From Oscillospiraceae bacterium (GTDB taxonomy: Bacteria; Bacillota; Clostridia; Oscillospirales; CAG-382), in contig JAFLUP010000002.1 of assembly GCA_022508745.1 (NCBI GenBank), positions 1 to 63,734 of the forward strand: a DNA stretch of 63,734 bases, written 5' to 3'. Below, piece after piece: positions 22,615 through 30,028 of the stretch. Made by a program: the position numbers and the translations under genes. The notes under the pieces were generated by a model that was given only the letters and a program-made list of their open reading frames with translations, did no database searches and was not told the origin of the DNA. How positions within the stretch are numbered: position 1 is the first letter of the stretch; every line of letters begins with the position of its first letter.

Positions 22615-22616
22615 GC

Positions 22617-23678
22617 ATGAAGAAAATCTACGGAGTCGTGCTGGTCGGCTGCGGCCGCATCGGCAGACAGCACATCGAATCCCTTTACCGAAAAAAAGAG
22701 GAAGCCCGCATCATCGCTACGGTGGACAGCGACGAGAACCGTGCGGCGGAATTCGCCCGGGAGTTCGGCGCGGAAACCTATGGCACGGACTATCGCACGT
22801 TCCTTACGGATCCCCGTGTGGATATCGTCATCATCGCCACCTACACGGATACGCACCTTCCCATCCTGCGGGATTGTCTTGCGCACGGCAAGCATGCCGT
22901 TTGCGAGAAGCCGGTAGCGGTGGACCTCGCGGGGGCGCGGGAATTTGTCCGTTTGGTCAAGGGCTCCGATTGCAAGGTGTCCGTTTCCCATGTTTTGCGG
23001 TATAATCAATCCTACCGGACCATTAAGGAACTCATCGACAGCGGGGAGATCGGGGAACTGCGCATGGTGCGCATGAACCAGAGCCACCGCGCCGGGGAAG
23101 AAGGGCATCCGTGGGATCGGTTCCTGCGGCTGATGGAGGATTGCTCGCCGCTGGTGGACTGCGGCGTCCATTACGCGGACGTGATCCGTTGGTTTGCCGA
23201 TTCGCCCATCGTCGCCGTGGGGGGCGTTTCCTCCAAACTGGATGACGACGCGCCCATCGACAACTACCAGATCATGACCATGGAGCTCGCCAACGGCTGC
23301 CGCGGGTACTACGAGGTGGGCTGGAGCCGCAACGTTTCTTCCAATAACGATAAGGATTTCATCGGAACGAAGGGGCATATCTCCCTGACCATGGCTGCCA
23401 ACCGCGAGGACGGCGTGCGGAACAAGGATCTGCTGCGCATCTGCTACGGGGACCCGGAAAAACCGGATCGGCTGCTGGAGGTTCCTTCCATTTACAAGGA
23501 TATGTACCGGCAGTTCTGCAACCTGGTGGATATGATCGAAAACGGCGGGGAGGGCGCTGTGCCCACAGACGCGGTGTTCGACGCTTTCCGGGCGGTCACG
23601 CTGGCTATGCGCGCCATTCAACAGGGTAGACGAATCGTTCTGGCGGACGAGCCGGACGAGGAAATTTGCGAAAAATAA
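22617..23678 (+). CDS. Gfo/Idh/MocA family oxidoreductase
   Basis: Rossmann N-terminus VLVGCGRIGRQH. EKP motif CEKPVA. Confidence 0.85.
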   Translation: MKKIYGVVLVGCGRIGRQHIESLYRKKEEARIIATVDSDENRAAEFAREFGAETYGTDYRTFLTDPRVDIVIIATYTDTHLPILRDCLAHGKHAVCEKPVAVDLAGAREFVRLVKGSDCKVSVSHVLRYNQSYRTIKELIDSGEIGELRMVRMNQSHRAGEEGHPWDRFLRLMEDCSPLVDCGVHYADVIRWFADSPIVAVGGVSSKLDDDAPIDNYQIMTMELANGCRGYYEVGWSRNVSSNNDKDFIGTKGHISLTMAANREDGVRNKDLLRICYGDPEKPDRLLEVPSIYKDMYRQFCNLVDMIENGGEGAVPTDAVFDAFRAVTLAMRAIQQGRRIVLADEPDEEICEK

Positions 23679-23783
23679 AAAAAATTGCTTTTTTCGTAAA
23701 AAGGGGTTGCAAAATTCCTCTAAATGCGGTATAATATGACCTACAAACAATCCATAGTTGTATGGAAAGAAAGGAATTACGTT

Positions 23784-24842
23784 ATGAGAAAACTTCTTTG
23801 CGCGATGCTCGTTCTCGCACTTCTCGCGGTTCCGGTGCTTGCTATCTCTGTTTCCGCGGAATCTCTTGCGGACGACGTCATCTCCGACCTGATCCCGTTC
23901 GAGGTTGATGACAGCTTCGAAGCAGTGGACTGCGAAGCGACGATCAACAGAGACGGCACTCTCACCGTCACCATCACCGGTCCTAACCCGACCCTGAAGA
24001 TCAAGCTGGCGGAGGGCGGCACGCTGCTCACCGGTAGCGACGTCAAGATTGACGAGGATGCGTATGTGGCAGTGGATTTCGGCACTGCCGGCACCGTTGT
24101 CGTCAGCCACATGATCCTGCACTACACCCGCAAGGATAAGCAGGCACAGAACATTTTTGCGGACCTGTATCTGGATTCCATGTATTCCAACGACTATGCC
24201 CAGTATCGCAAGCAGGCTGCAGGCTCCTACACCTCCGGCGCTGCACTTGAGAACGGCGGCAACTACCATGTGGTCTGGGATTGGGGCGGATACCTTGTCA
24301 ACTATGGTCCCGATAAGTACTTTGACGATAAGATGCATAAGTTTGTGGATATTGATCTTGAGTTCGGTACGCTCGGCGCTTCTACCGTCGGCTCTCAGAT
24401 CACCTTCTACACCATCGCAGTCGTCAGCGATCCCGAAGTGGAGCTGGGCACTGTGACGCCGGATCCCATCGTCCCCGGTGGTGACGATCCCTCCGACGAT
24501 CCGTCTGAAGATCCTTCCGAAGATCCCTCCGAGGATCCTTCCGAAGATCCCTCTGAAGATCCTTCCGAGGATCCCTCCGAAGATCCTTCCGAAGATCCCT
24601 CCGAGGATCCCTCTGAAGATCCCTCCGAAGATCCTTCTGAAGATCCCTCCGAGGATCCGTCCGAGGAGTCCAAGGACAATACTTCCAGCCCCTCTACCGA
24701 TAAGACTTCCACTCCTTCCGACGGCGAAACCAACGAGGAAGAGGATGGCGGTCTGCCCATCGGCCTGATCATCGGCATCGTTGCCGCTGTCGTGGTCGTC
24801 GGCGCAGGTGTTGCGGTTGTGATCATCAAGAAAAAGAAGTAA
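23784..24842 (+). CDS. Secreted, C-terminally membrane-anchored surface protein with (DPSE)n stalk
   Basis: Start at MRKLLCAMLVLALLAVPVLA (signal peptide). Unknown domain of about 210 aa, then the DPSD/DPSE x15 stalk, a TM helix GLIIGIVAAVVVVGAGVAVVII and a KKKK tail. Confidence 0.75.
   Translation: MRKLLCAMLVLALLAVPVLAISVSAESLADDVISDLIPFEVDDSFEAVDCEATINRDGTLTVTITGPNPTLKIKLAEGGTLLTGSDVKIDEDAYVAVDFGTAGTVVVSHMILHYTRKDKQAQNIFADLYLDSMYSNDYAQYRKQAAGSYTSGAALENGGNYHVVWDWGGYLVNYGPDKYFDDKMHKFVDIDLEFGTLGASTVGSQITFYTIAVVSDPEVELGTVTPDPIVPGGDDPSDDPSEDPSEDPSEDPSEDPSEDPSEDPSEDPSEDPSEDPSEDPSEDPSEDPSEDPSEESKDNTSSPSTDKTSTPSDGETNEEEDGGLPIGLIIGIVAAVVVVGAGVAVVIIKKKK
24486..24665 (+). repeat. In-frame 12-nt tandem repeat x15 encoding DPS[D/E]
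   Basis: GAT CCN TCN GAR units read directly. Variation is confined to synonymous third positions, apart from the first unit (GAC). Confidence 0.95.
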
Positions 24843-24877
24843 GCCGAACCGGTTTCACTGATCGTTAGTTTCTAATC

Positions 24878-24916
24878 GCAGACCCCGAAGGAATTCCCTT
24901 TGGGGTCTGCTTTTTT
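24878..24916 (+). terminator. Intrinsic terminator
   Basis: 14-bp stem GCAGACCCCGAAGG / CCTTTGGGGTCTGC followed by TTTTTT. Confidence 0.9.
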
Positions 24917-24967
24917 GCAGGGAAAGCCACGGTTGGACCGATGGCTTGTCTTGCCGTTGCCCAGGGA

Positions 24968-24996
24968 TTGACAAACGGCGGGAAACGTGCTAAAAT
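24968..24996 (+). promoter_or_regulatory. Sigma-A-type promoter of the 25062 gene
   Basis: TTGACA (24968-24973), 17 bp spacer, TGcTAAAAT (-10 at 24991-24996). Confidence 0.7.
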
Positions 24997-25061
24997 TGGG
25001 AAAAGACGGCAAGAGCCGTCCCATTCCGTGACCGTAATAAGAGAAAATGAGGTGCTTATTT

Positions 25062-26510
25062 ATGGCTGTTTGCAGTTTCGCAAAGATCCCGCTCCGCGGG
25101 ACATTCACCCCCCGTTGGCCCTTCGCGACGGAGCTGTACGGGCGTTTCTTCTACATTCGTTCCGGGGAGGAGCAGGTGCTGTTCTGCGCGTTCGATTCCC
25201 TGAACACCTTTCGCAACGACACCCGCCGTTTCCGCAGGGAGATCTCCGCAAGCTGCGGGATCCCGGAAAAGAGCATCGTTTTCCACGAGCTGCAGGCGCA
25301 CGCCGCGCCGAACTCCGCGATGATGCACGAGGCGATGGACGGAATCCTCGCCCGCGCCATTCCGGTGGTCAAGGAGATGCAGGAGAAGGCGGTTCCCTTT
25401 ACCTGCGAGGTGACGGAGGCATACTTCGGCACGGATTGCAGCTTCAACCGGGAGCAGTACATCGAGGGGATCGGCGGCGTCACCGTCTGGACCGGGATGG
25501 GCTTTGACGAGCAGCAGCGCCCCTGCACGGATAACGAAGGCATCATGCTGCTGCGGGATTACCGCCCGAACATCGTGAAAACACCGGTGTATTTCGATAA
25601 CCCCAACGACCCGCTGGCGTATCTGTTCGTGTTCCGCGGGGAGAACGGGGAAGTGCTGGGCACGGTCTCCCGTTTTGCGGCGCACCCGGACGTGGGCGTG
25701 TTGTTCGAGCTGCGCCCGGTGCAGGGGAAGGCGGAGATGTACCGTTACGACTTCGACTGGCCGGGGTATCTCTCTACGAAGCTGGAGAAGGACTTCGGCG
25801 GGATGTCCGTCTACCTCAACGGTCCTTGCGGGGATCTTTCCACCAAGAAGGGGTACGACGGCATTGACGATTTCGAGGCCAGCGACGCGGAATGTAGGCG
25901 GCTGGGGGAATGGTTTGCCGACAAGCTGGAGGTTTCCTACGGCGAGAGCAAGCGGGTGATGGAAAGCGCGGATTTCCTGCGCACGGAGACCTACACGCTG
26001 ACCCTCCCCATGCGGGACGATATGCCCCGTACGCTGGAGGAAGCGCGCAACGGGCAGGCGGGACCTGCCGAGGAAGCGAGATTGGCGTTTGAGGCGGCGA
26101 AGGCGGATCCCACCCGTACCCCCGCGCAGGTCAAGCGTACCATCGACGACTACTACAAGGCGCTGTACAATGGCTCCATGGCGACGGATATTTGCGGGTT
26201 CAGCGACGAGGAACTGGCAAAGCGGGAGACGGAAGTGGACATCCCCTGCGTTCGGTTTGGGGATTACCTGTTCGTGGGCGTTCCGGGGGAGAGCCTGACG
26301 GAGACCGCCACATGGCTGCGTTCGGTCTGCACCGGCGCAAAGACCATCCCGCTGGATCAGTGCAACGGCTATTTCAGCTACATGGCAACTCCCCGCACGC
26401 TGACGCTGGGCGGGTACACCTACTGGTGCAGTTGGACCACCCGGGAGACCATTCCGTCCCTGCAAAAACAGCTCTACCCGTTGTTGCAGTCCTTCTTGTC
26501 GTTGAAATGA
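25062..26510 (+). CDS. Cytoplasmic protein of unknown function, possibly neutral/alkaline ceramidase-like fold
   Basis: 482 aa with no signal peptide. RBS TGAGGTG. Local strings (SRFAAHPDV, LNGPCGDLS, VGVPGESLTE) recall the ceramidase_alk family layout, but this is a weak by-eye call. Confidence 0.55.
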   Translation: MAVCSFAKIPLRGTFTPRWPFATELYGRFFYIRSGEEQVLFCAFDSLNTFRNDTRRFRREISASCGIPEKSIVFHELQAHAAPNSAMMHEAMDGILARAIPVVKEMQEKAVPFTCEVTEAYFGTDCSFNREQYIEGIGGVTVWTGMGFDEQQRPCTDNEGIMLLRDYRPNIVKTPVYFDNPNDPLAYLFVFRGENGEVLGTVSRFAAHPDVGVLFELRPVQGKAEMYRYDFDWPGYLSTKLEKDFGGMSVYLNGPCGDLSTKKGYDGIDDFEASDAECRRLGEWFADKLEVSYGESKRVMESADFLRTETYTLTLPMRDDMPRTLEEARNGQAGPAEEARLAFEAAKADPTRTPAQVKRTIDDYYKALYNGSMATDICGFSDEELAKRETEVDIPCVRFGDYLFVGVPGESLTETATWLRSVCTGAKTIPLDQCNGYFSYMATPRTLTLGGYTYWCSWTTRETIPSLQKQLYPLLQSFLSLK

Positions 26511-26517
26511 CTAAATT

Positions 26518-26613
26518 CAAGAGGATGTTTTTGACGTATTTTTCAATTTTATAGATATTATGCACAAAAATACGTATTTCAATTTGTAAAATACGTCAAC
26601 TTTTCCTCTTGAT
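26518..26613. repeat. AT-rich nested palindrome / operator-like array
   Basis: Outer arms are TCAAGAGGA (26518-26) and TCCTCTTGA (26605-13). The 20-mers at 26532-51 and 26581-600 are inverted, 17/20 identical. A perfect palindrome AAATACGTATTT lies at 26569-80. Confidence 0.85.
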
Positions 26614-26719
26614 TTTCCCTCTTGCATCTGGTATCCTATAGACGCTCCGAAAGGGAGCGCCCCCCGCGTGCACCTCGCGCGGGCGGATACCCCGTGTTTC
26701 AGAAAAGGAGGGAATTAGC

Positions 26720-26968
26720 ATGAAAAGCGTGAAAAACCTACAGCAATGCACCTATCAGTACCGGATTGTACTGGATACGGTCAGCGATGTGAATACGTTC
26801 AACCGTCTCGCATCCACCTGCCCGGGCGAGGTGTTTCTGGTGGGAGAAGATATGAAGATCAACGCCAGAAGCCTGCTGGGCGCGCACATGGCACGCGTCG
26901 CTTGGGATGTGCTTTACGTGGAAGCGGATTTCGACTGCTACAACGTATTCGAGCGGTTCATTATCTGA
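26720..26968 (+). CDS. Small HPr-like domain protein (lacking the classical His15 context)
   Basis: 82 aa with strong RBS AAGGAGGG. The segment GEDMKINARSLLGA resembles the short clostridial HPr-family proteins. Confidence 0.5.
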   Translation: MKSVKNLQQCTYQYRIVLDTVSDVNTFNRLASTCPGEVFLVGEDMKINARSLLGAHMARVAWDVLYVEADFDCYNVFERFII

Positions 26969-26984
26969 CGGAATCGCAAAAAGG

Positions 26985-27019
26985 AAGGCGGGCTTAAACG
27001 TAAGCCCGCCTTTTTATTT
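26985..27019 (+). terminator. Intrinsic terminator
   Basis: 12-bp stem AAGGCGGGCTTA / TAAGCCCGCCTT followed by a T-rich run. Confidence 0.9.
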
Positions 27020-27030
27020 GGAAAAACGTA

Positions 27031-27059
27031 TTGACAAACGGCGGAAAAACGGGTATCAT
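27031..27059 (+). promoter_or_regulatory. Sigma-A-type promoter of ribF
   Basis: TTGACA (27031-27036), 17 bp spacer, TATCAT (27054-27059). Confidence 0.7.
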
Positions 27060-27093
27060 ATAACAGAGTAAAACAAAGGATGGGCGAGGTAGG

Positions 27094-27999
27094 ATGGGAG
27101 CGGTCGAACTCTATCGGGAATCGGACGGCTGTTTCCCGCCCCGCGTGCCGGTTGCAGCGGCGATCGGCGTGTTTGACGGGGTGCATCTCGGTCATCAGGC
27201 GTTGCTTCGCAGGCTGCGGGAAGAAGCGCAGACGCGGGGCGCGCTGCCGTTGGTCTTTACCTTTTCGGAGAATTTGAAGCAGGCGCAGGCGCTTTCCGGG
27301 GAAGCGGAACGGCTGGAGCTGTTCGCCTCTTTCGGCGTTTCCGCCGTGTTTCTTGCGGATTTTGCGTCGCTGCGAGGGCTTTCCTGCGAAGCCTTCGTGC
27401 AGGAGTACCTGTGTGGGCGGCTGGATTGCCGCGCCGTGGTGATCGGCAGCGATTTCCGCTTCGGACGGGGACGTTCCGGGGACAGCGCCGTCATGGGCGA
27501 GCTGTTCGGCGGGGATACCGTCGTCCTTCCGCCGGTGCAGGTGGAAGGGCAGGTCGTCTCCTCTACGGAGATCCGCCACAGGCTGCTTGCAGGGGATCTC
27601 GCCGGCGCGGAGCGGATGCTGGGGCGCCCGTACGGCTTTTTGCTTCCGGTCAGCCGGGGGCGGATGCTGGGGCGGGAACTGGGCTTCCCCACCATCAATC
27701 AGATCCCGTCGCAGGATCGGCTGCTGCCCCGCTTCGGGGTGTATGAATCGCTGGTGCGCGTCGGGGAGGCTTCCTATCGGGGCGTGACCAATGTGGGCGT
27801 AAAGCCGACGGTTGCTTTGCAGGAAGTGCCGTTGTTGGAGACCCATTTGCTGGGATATACCGGGAAGGACTTATACGGCGAACCCGTGGGCATCTCGCTT
27901 CTGCGGATGCTGCGGGAGGAACGCCGGTTTGAAACGCTGGAAGCCCTGCGGGAGCAGGTGCAAAAGGACATTTGCGCGGTGGAAAGCGCCGGAACATAA
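27094..27999 (+). CDS. ribF: Bifunctional riboflavin kinase / FMN adenylyltransferase
   Basis: GVFDGVHLGHQ nucleotidyltransferase motif. C-terminal riboflavin kinase region (PTINQ...). Confidence 0.93.
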   Translation: MGAVELYRESDGCFPPRVPVAAAIGVFDGVHLGHQALLRRLREEAQTRGALPLVFTFSENLKQAQALSGEAERLELFASFGVSAVFLADFASLRGLSCEAFVQEYLCGRLDCRAVVIGSDFRFGRGRSGDSAVMGELFGGDTVVLPPVQVEGQVVSSTEIRHRLLAGDLAGAERMLGRPYGFLLPVSRGRMLGRELGFPTINQIPSQDRLLPRFGVYESLVRVGEASYRGVTNVGVKPTVALQEVPLLETHLLGYTGKDLYGEPVGISLLRMLREERRFETLEALREQVQKDICAVESAGT

Positions 28000-28017
28000 G
28001 TGTTGGGAGGAAAGGAT

Positions 28018-29490
28018 ATGCGCAAGCAGATTACAATAGAAAAAAAGCGTGCGCCCATCCGCCTTTGCGGCGGTTTGTTGGCGTGCGTGTTCCTGCTTTT
28101 CTGCGTACTTTCCGCCATGCCGCTCCGGGCTGCCGCGGAGGAGCCGGAAACGGTCTTTGGCGCCGTCAACGCGGCGGCGGCATATTGCGTGGATACGCAG
28201 CAGGTCTTATACGAATCCCGTGGGGAAGAGACCTTCGCACCGGGGATCCTGACCAAGATCGCGGCGCTGATGGTGGCAAGAGATATTCTGACGGATTGCG
28301 GCGTCTCCCTTTCCGAGGAAGTGACCATCAAGCAATCCTGGGTGCAGGGAACGTATATCTCCGGGGACCGCAGCTCGCCGTATTTGCAGCTGATGGAGGG
28401 CGAGACCTACACGCTGGAATACCTGTTTGCCACGACGCTGGTGGCAAACGCCAACGACTCCTGCGCATCCATTGTGCATTACTGTGCCGAAACCCTCATG
28501 TACGAGGACGAAGCGGCGTTTCTGAAAAAGATGAACGAAAAGGCGCAGGCTCTGGGGCTAACGAACACCACCTTCGGGGATACCATCGGCTTCGGCGGGC
28601 TGGGTCGCACCACGGTGACGGATGCCGTCCGGCTGACGGCGGCGTTTTACCGTTACGACGATCTGGTACAGCTTTCCAACCGGGAGTCCTACGGCTCCAT
28701 CCATAACAAAAACTACCTCAAATCCAACTTCGTCGTGGATGGCTATCTGATGGAGGACGCCATCGGTCTTTTGGCGGGACAGGCCACCGATCAGGGCAAT
28801 TACTGCGTTCTGACCGCCTGCGAGCGGGAGGGCATCGCCTACGTGTTTGCCGTGATGGGCGCCTCCAGTATGCGAGTGGACGTGGGAGAGATCTGGTTTG
28901 ACCCCGGCAACGCCTACGAGGATATGCTGGGGATGGTCCCGTATGTGATGAATTCCTTTGGCTATATGCAGTTGTGCAGAGCGGACGATATGCTTGCGGA
29001 GCTGCGGCTGGGCAACGGCGCAGAGAAGGATTTTCTGCTTTTGGTCCCTGCGCAGAGCATCGAGCTGATGGTATTCGGCGGGGCGGGCAGCACCATCGCG
29101 CCGCAGATCACCTACAACGAGGAAAAGGTTTACGACAGCGAAGTGAACGGCAAACTCTGGAAGACGGTGGACGCGCCGGTCAAACAGGGGGATGTGCTGG
29201 GCGTCGCGACCTATATGCAGGACGGCAAAGTGCTTGCGACGGTGGATCTGATCGCCATGGAATCGGTGGATACCGATACCCTCAAGACCACCTTCACCAA
29301 GCTGAAGGAATTCCTCTTCGACGGCGCCATGGGGAAGCTCATCAAGATCATCCTCATCATCATCGCCATCTGGCTTGGGATCACGCTGGTGGTGCTCGCG
29401 GTGCGCTTTGGGCTCTGGATCCACCGGAGAGAGAAGCGGAAGGATCGGAAGGACCTCGAGGAAAGGTCGCGAGATGTGAACAATCTGTGA
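28018..29490 (+). CDS. Peptidase S11 (PBP5/DacF-like) homologue with degenerate catalytic motifs, C-terminal TM anchor
   Basis: Start ATG 28018 after GGGAGGAAAGG. Signal/TM at the N-terminus. Family-typical FLKKMNEKAQALGLTNTTF is present, but PGILTK, ANAND and GLLAGQ occupy the SxxK, SxN and KTG positions. Confidence 0.8.
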   Translation: MRKQITIEKKRAPIRLCGGLLACVFLLFCVLSAMPLRAAAEEPETVFGAVNAAAAYCVDTQQVLYESRGEETFAPGILTKIAALMVARDILTDCGVSLSEEVTIKQSWVQGTYISGDRSSPYLQLMEGETYTLEYLFATTLVANANDSCASIVHYCAETLMYEDEAAFLKKMNEKAQALGLTNTTFGDTIGFGGLGRTTVTDAVRLTAAFYRYDDLVQLSNRESYGSIHNKNYLKSNFVVDGYLMEDAIGLLAGQATDQGNYCVLTACEREGIAYVFAVMGASSMRVDVGEIWFDPGNAYEDMLGMVPYVMNSFGYMQLCRADDMLAELRLGNGAEKDFLLLVPAQSIELMVFGGAGSTIAPQITYNEEKVYDSEVNGKLWKTVDAPVKQGDVLGVATYMQDGKVLATVDLIAMESVDTDTLKTTFTKLKEFLFDGAMGKLIKIILIIIAIWLGITLVVLAVRFGLWIHRREKRKDRKDLEERSRDVNNL

Positions 29491-29517
29491 ATTTTTAAGA
29501 CGCTTTGAAAATTTCTC

Positions 29518-29546
29518 TTGCAAAGTGCTTGCAAGTGTGTTATACT
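29518..29546 (+). promoter_or_regulatory. Sigma-A-type promoter of secG-like gene
   Basis: TTGCAA (29518-29523), 17 bp spacer, TGtTATACT (-10 at 29541-29546). Confidence 0.65.
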
Positions 29547-29617
29547 TCTTAATGCTTACGCTGTAGTGAGCTGTGATGAAGCGGAGCATTTGAAAAAGGA
29601 AAGGATCTGAAAAAGAG

Positions 29618-29935
29618 ATGGAAATGTTGCAATATATCATCGGTTCGATTATTTTGGTGCTTGCGGTGCTGTTGATCTTCCTGATCACCCGTCAGCAGGG
29701 GAAGCGCAGAGGTCTGGAGAATGTCATCAGCGGCAATTCCTCGAACAACTCGTACTTAAATAAGACCGAGGCTGCGAAAAAGGGCAAGAAGTTTGAAAAG
29801 TGGACGGTTTACTGCGCCATCGCGTTCGTTGCACTGGTCATCGCCCTGTATACCGTGACCTCCATCTCCAAGAATATGGAGAACAACAAAAAGAACGATC
29901 CGCCTGTCAGCGAATCTTCGGAAGCATCCAAGTAA
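29618..29935 (+). CDS. secG: Preprotein translocase subunit SecG-like small membrane protein
   Basis: Two TM helices separated by a G/S/N-rich loop. Size and layout are typical of SecG. Confidence 0.6.
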   Translation: MEMLQYIIGSIILVLAVLLIFLITRQQGKRRGLENVISGNSSNNSYLNKTEAAKKGKKFEKWTVYCAIAFVALVIALYTVTSISKNMENNKKNDPPVSESSEASK

Positions 29936-30028
29936 GACAATTCCTAAAACGAAAACAAAGTACCCTCTGCAAGGAAGGTACTTTTGTTGTTCGGGGAATC
30001 TCACGTATGGCAAAGAAGGAGTGATTTT

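Noticed and set aside
24486-24665. Short regular repeat array that might be mistaken for a CRISPR array or minisatellite.
   Set aside because: The period is 12 nt with no spacers, it is entirely in frame within a signal-peptide-to-TM ORF, and it encodes a perfect DPSE peptide repeat.
26969-27093. FMN riboswitch upstream of ribF.
   Set aside because: The interval is fully accounted for by a terminator, a promoter and a ~35-nt leader. There is no room or sequence for an RFN element, and ribF is not normally RFN-controlled.
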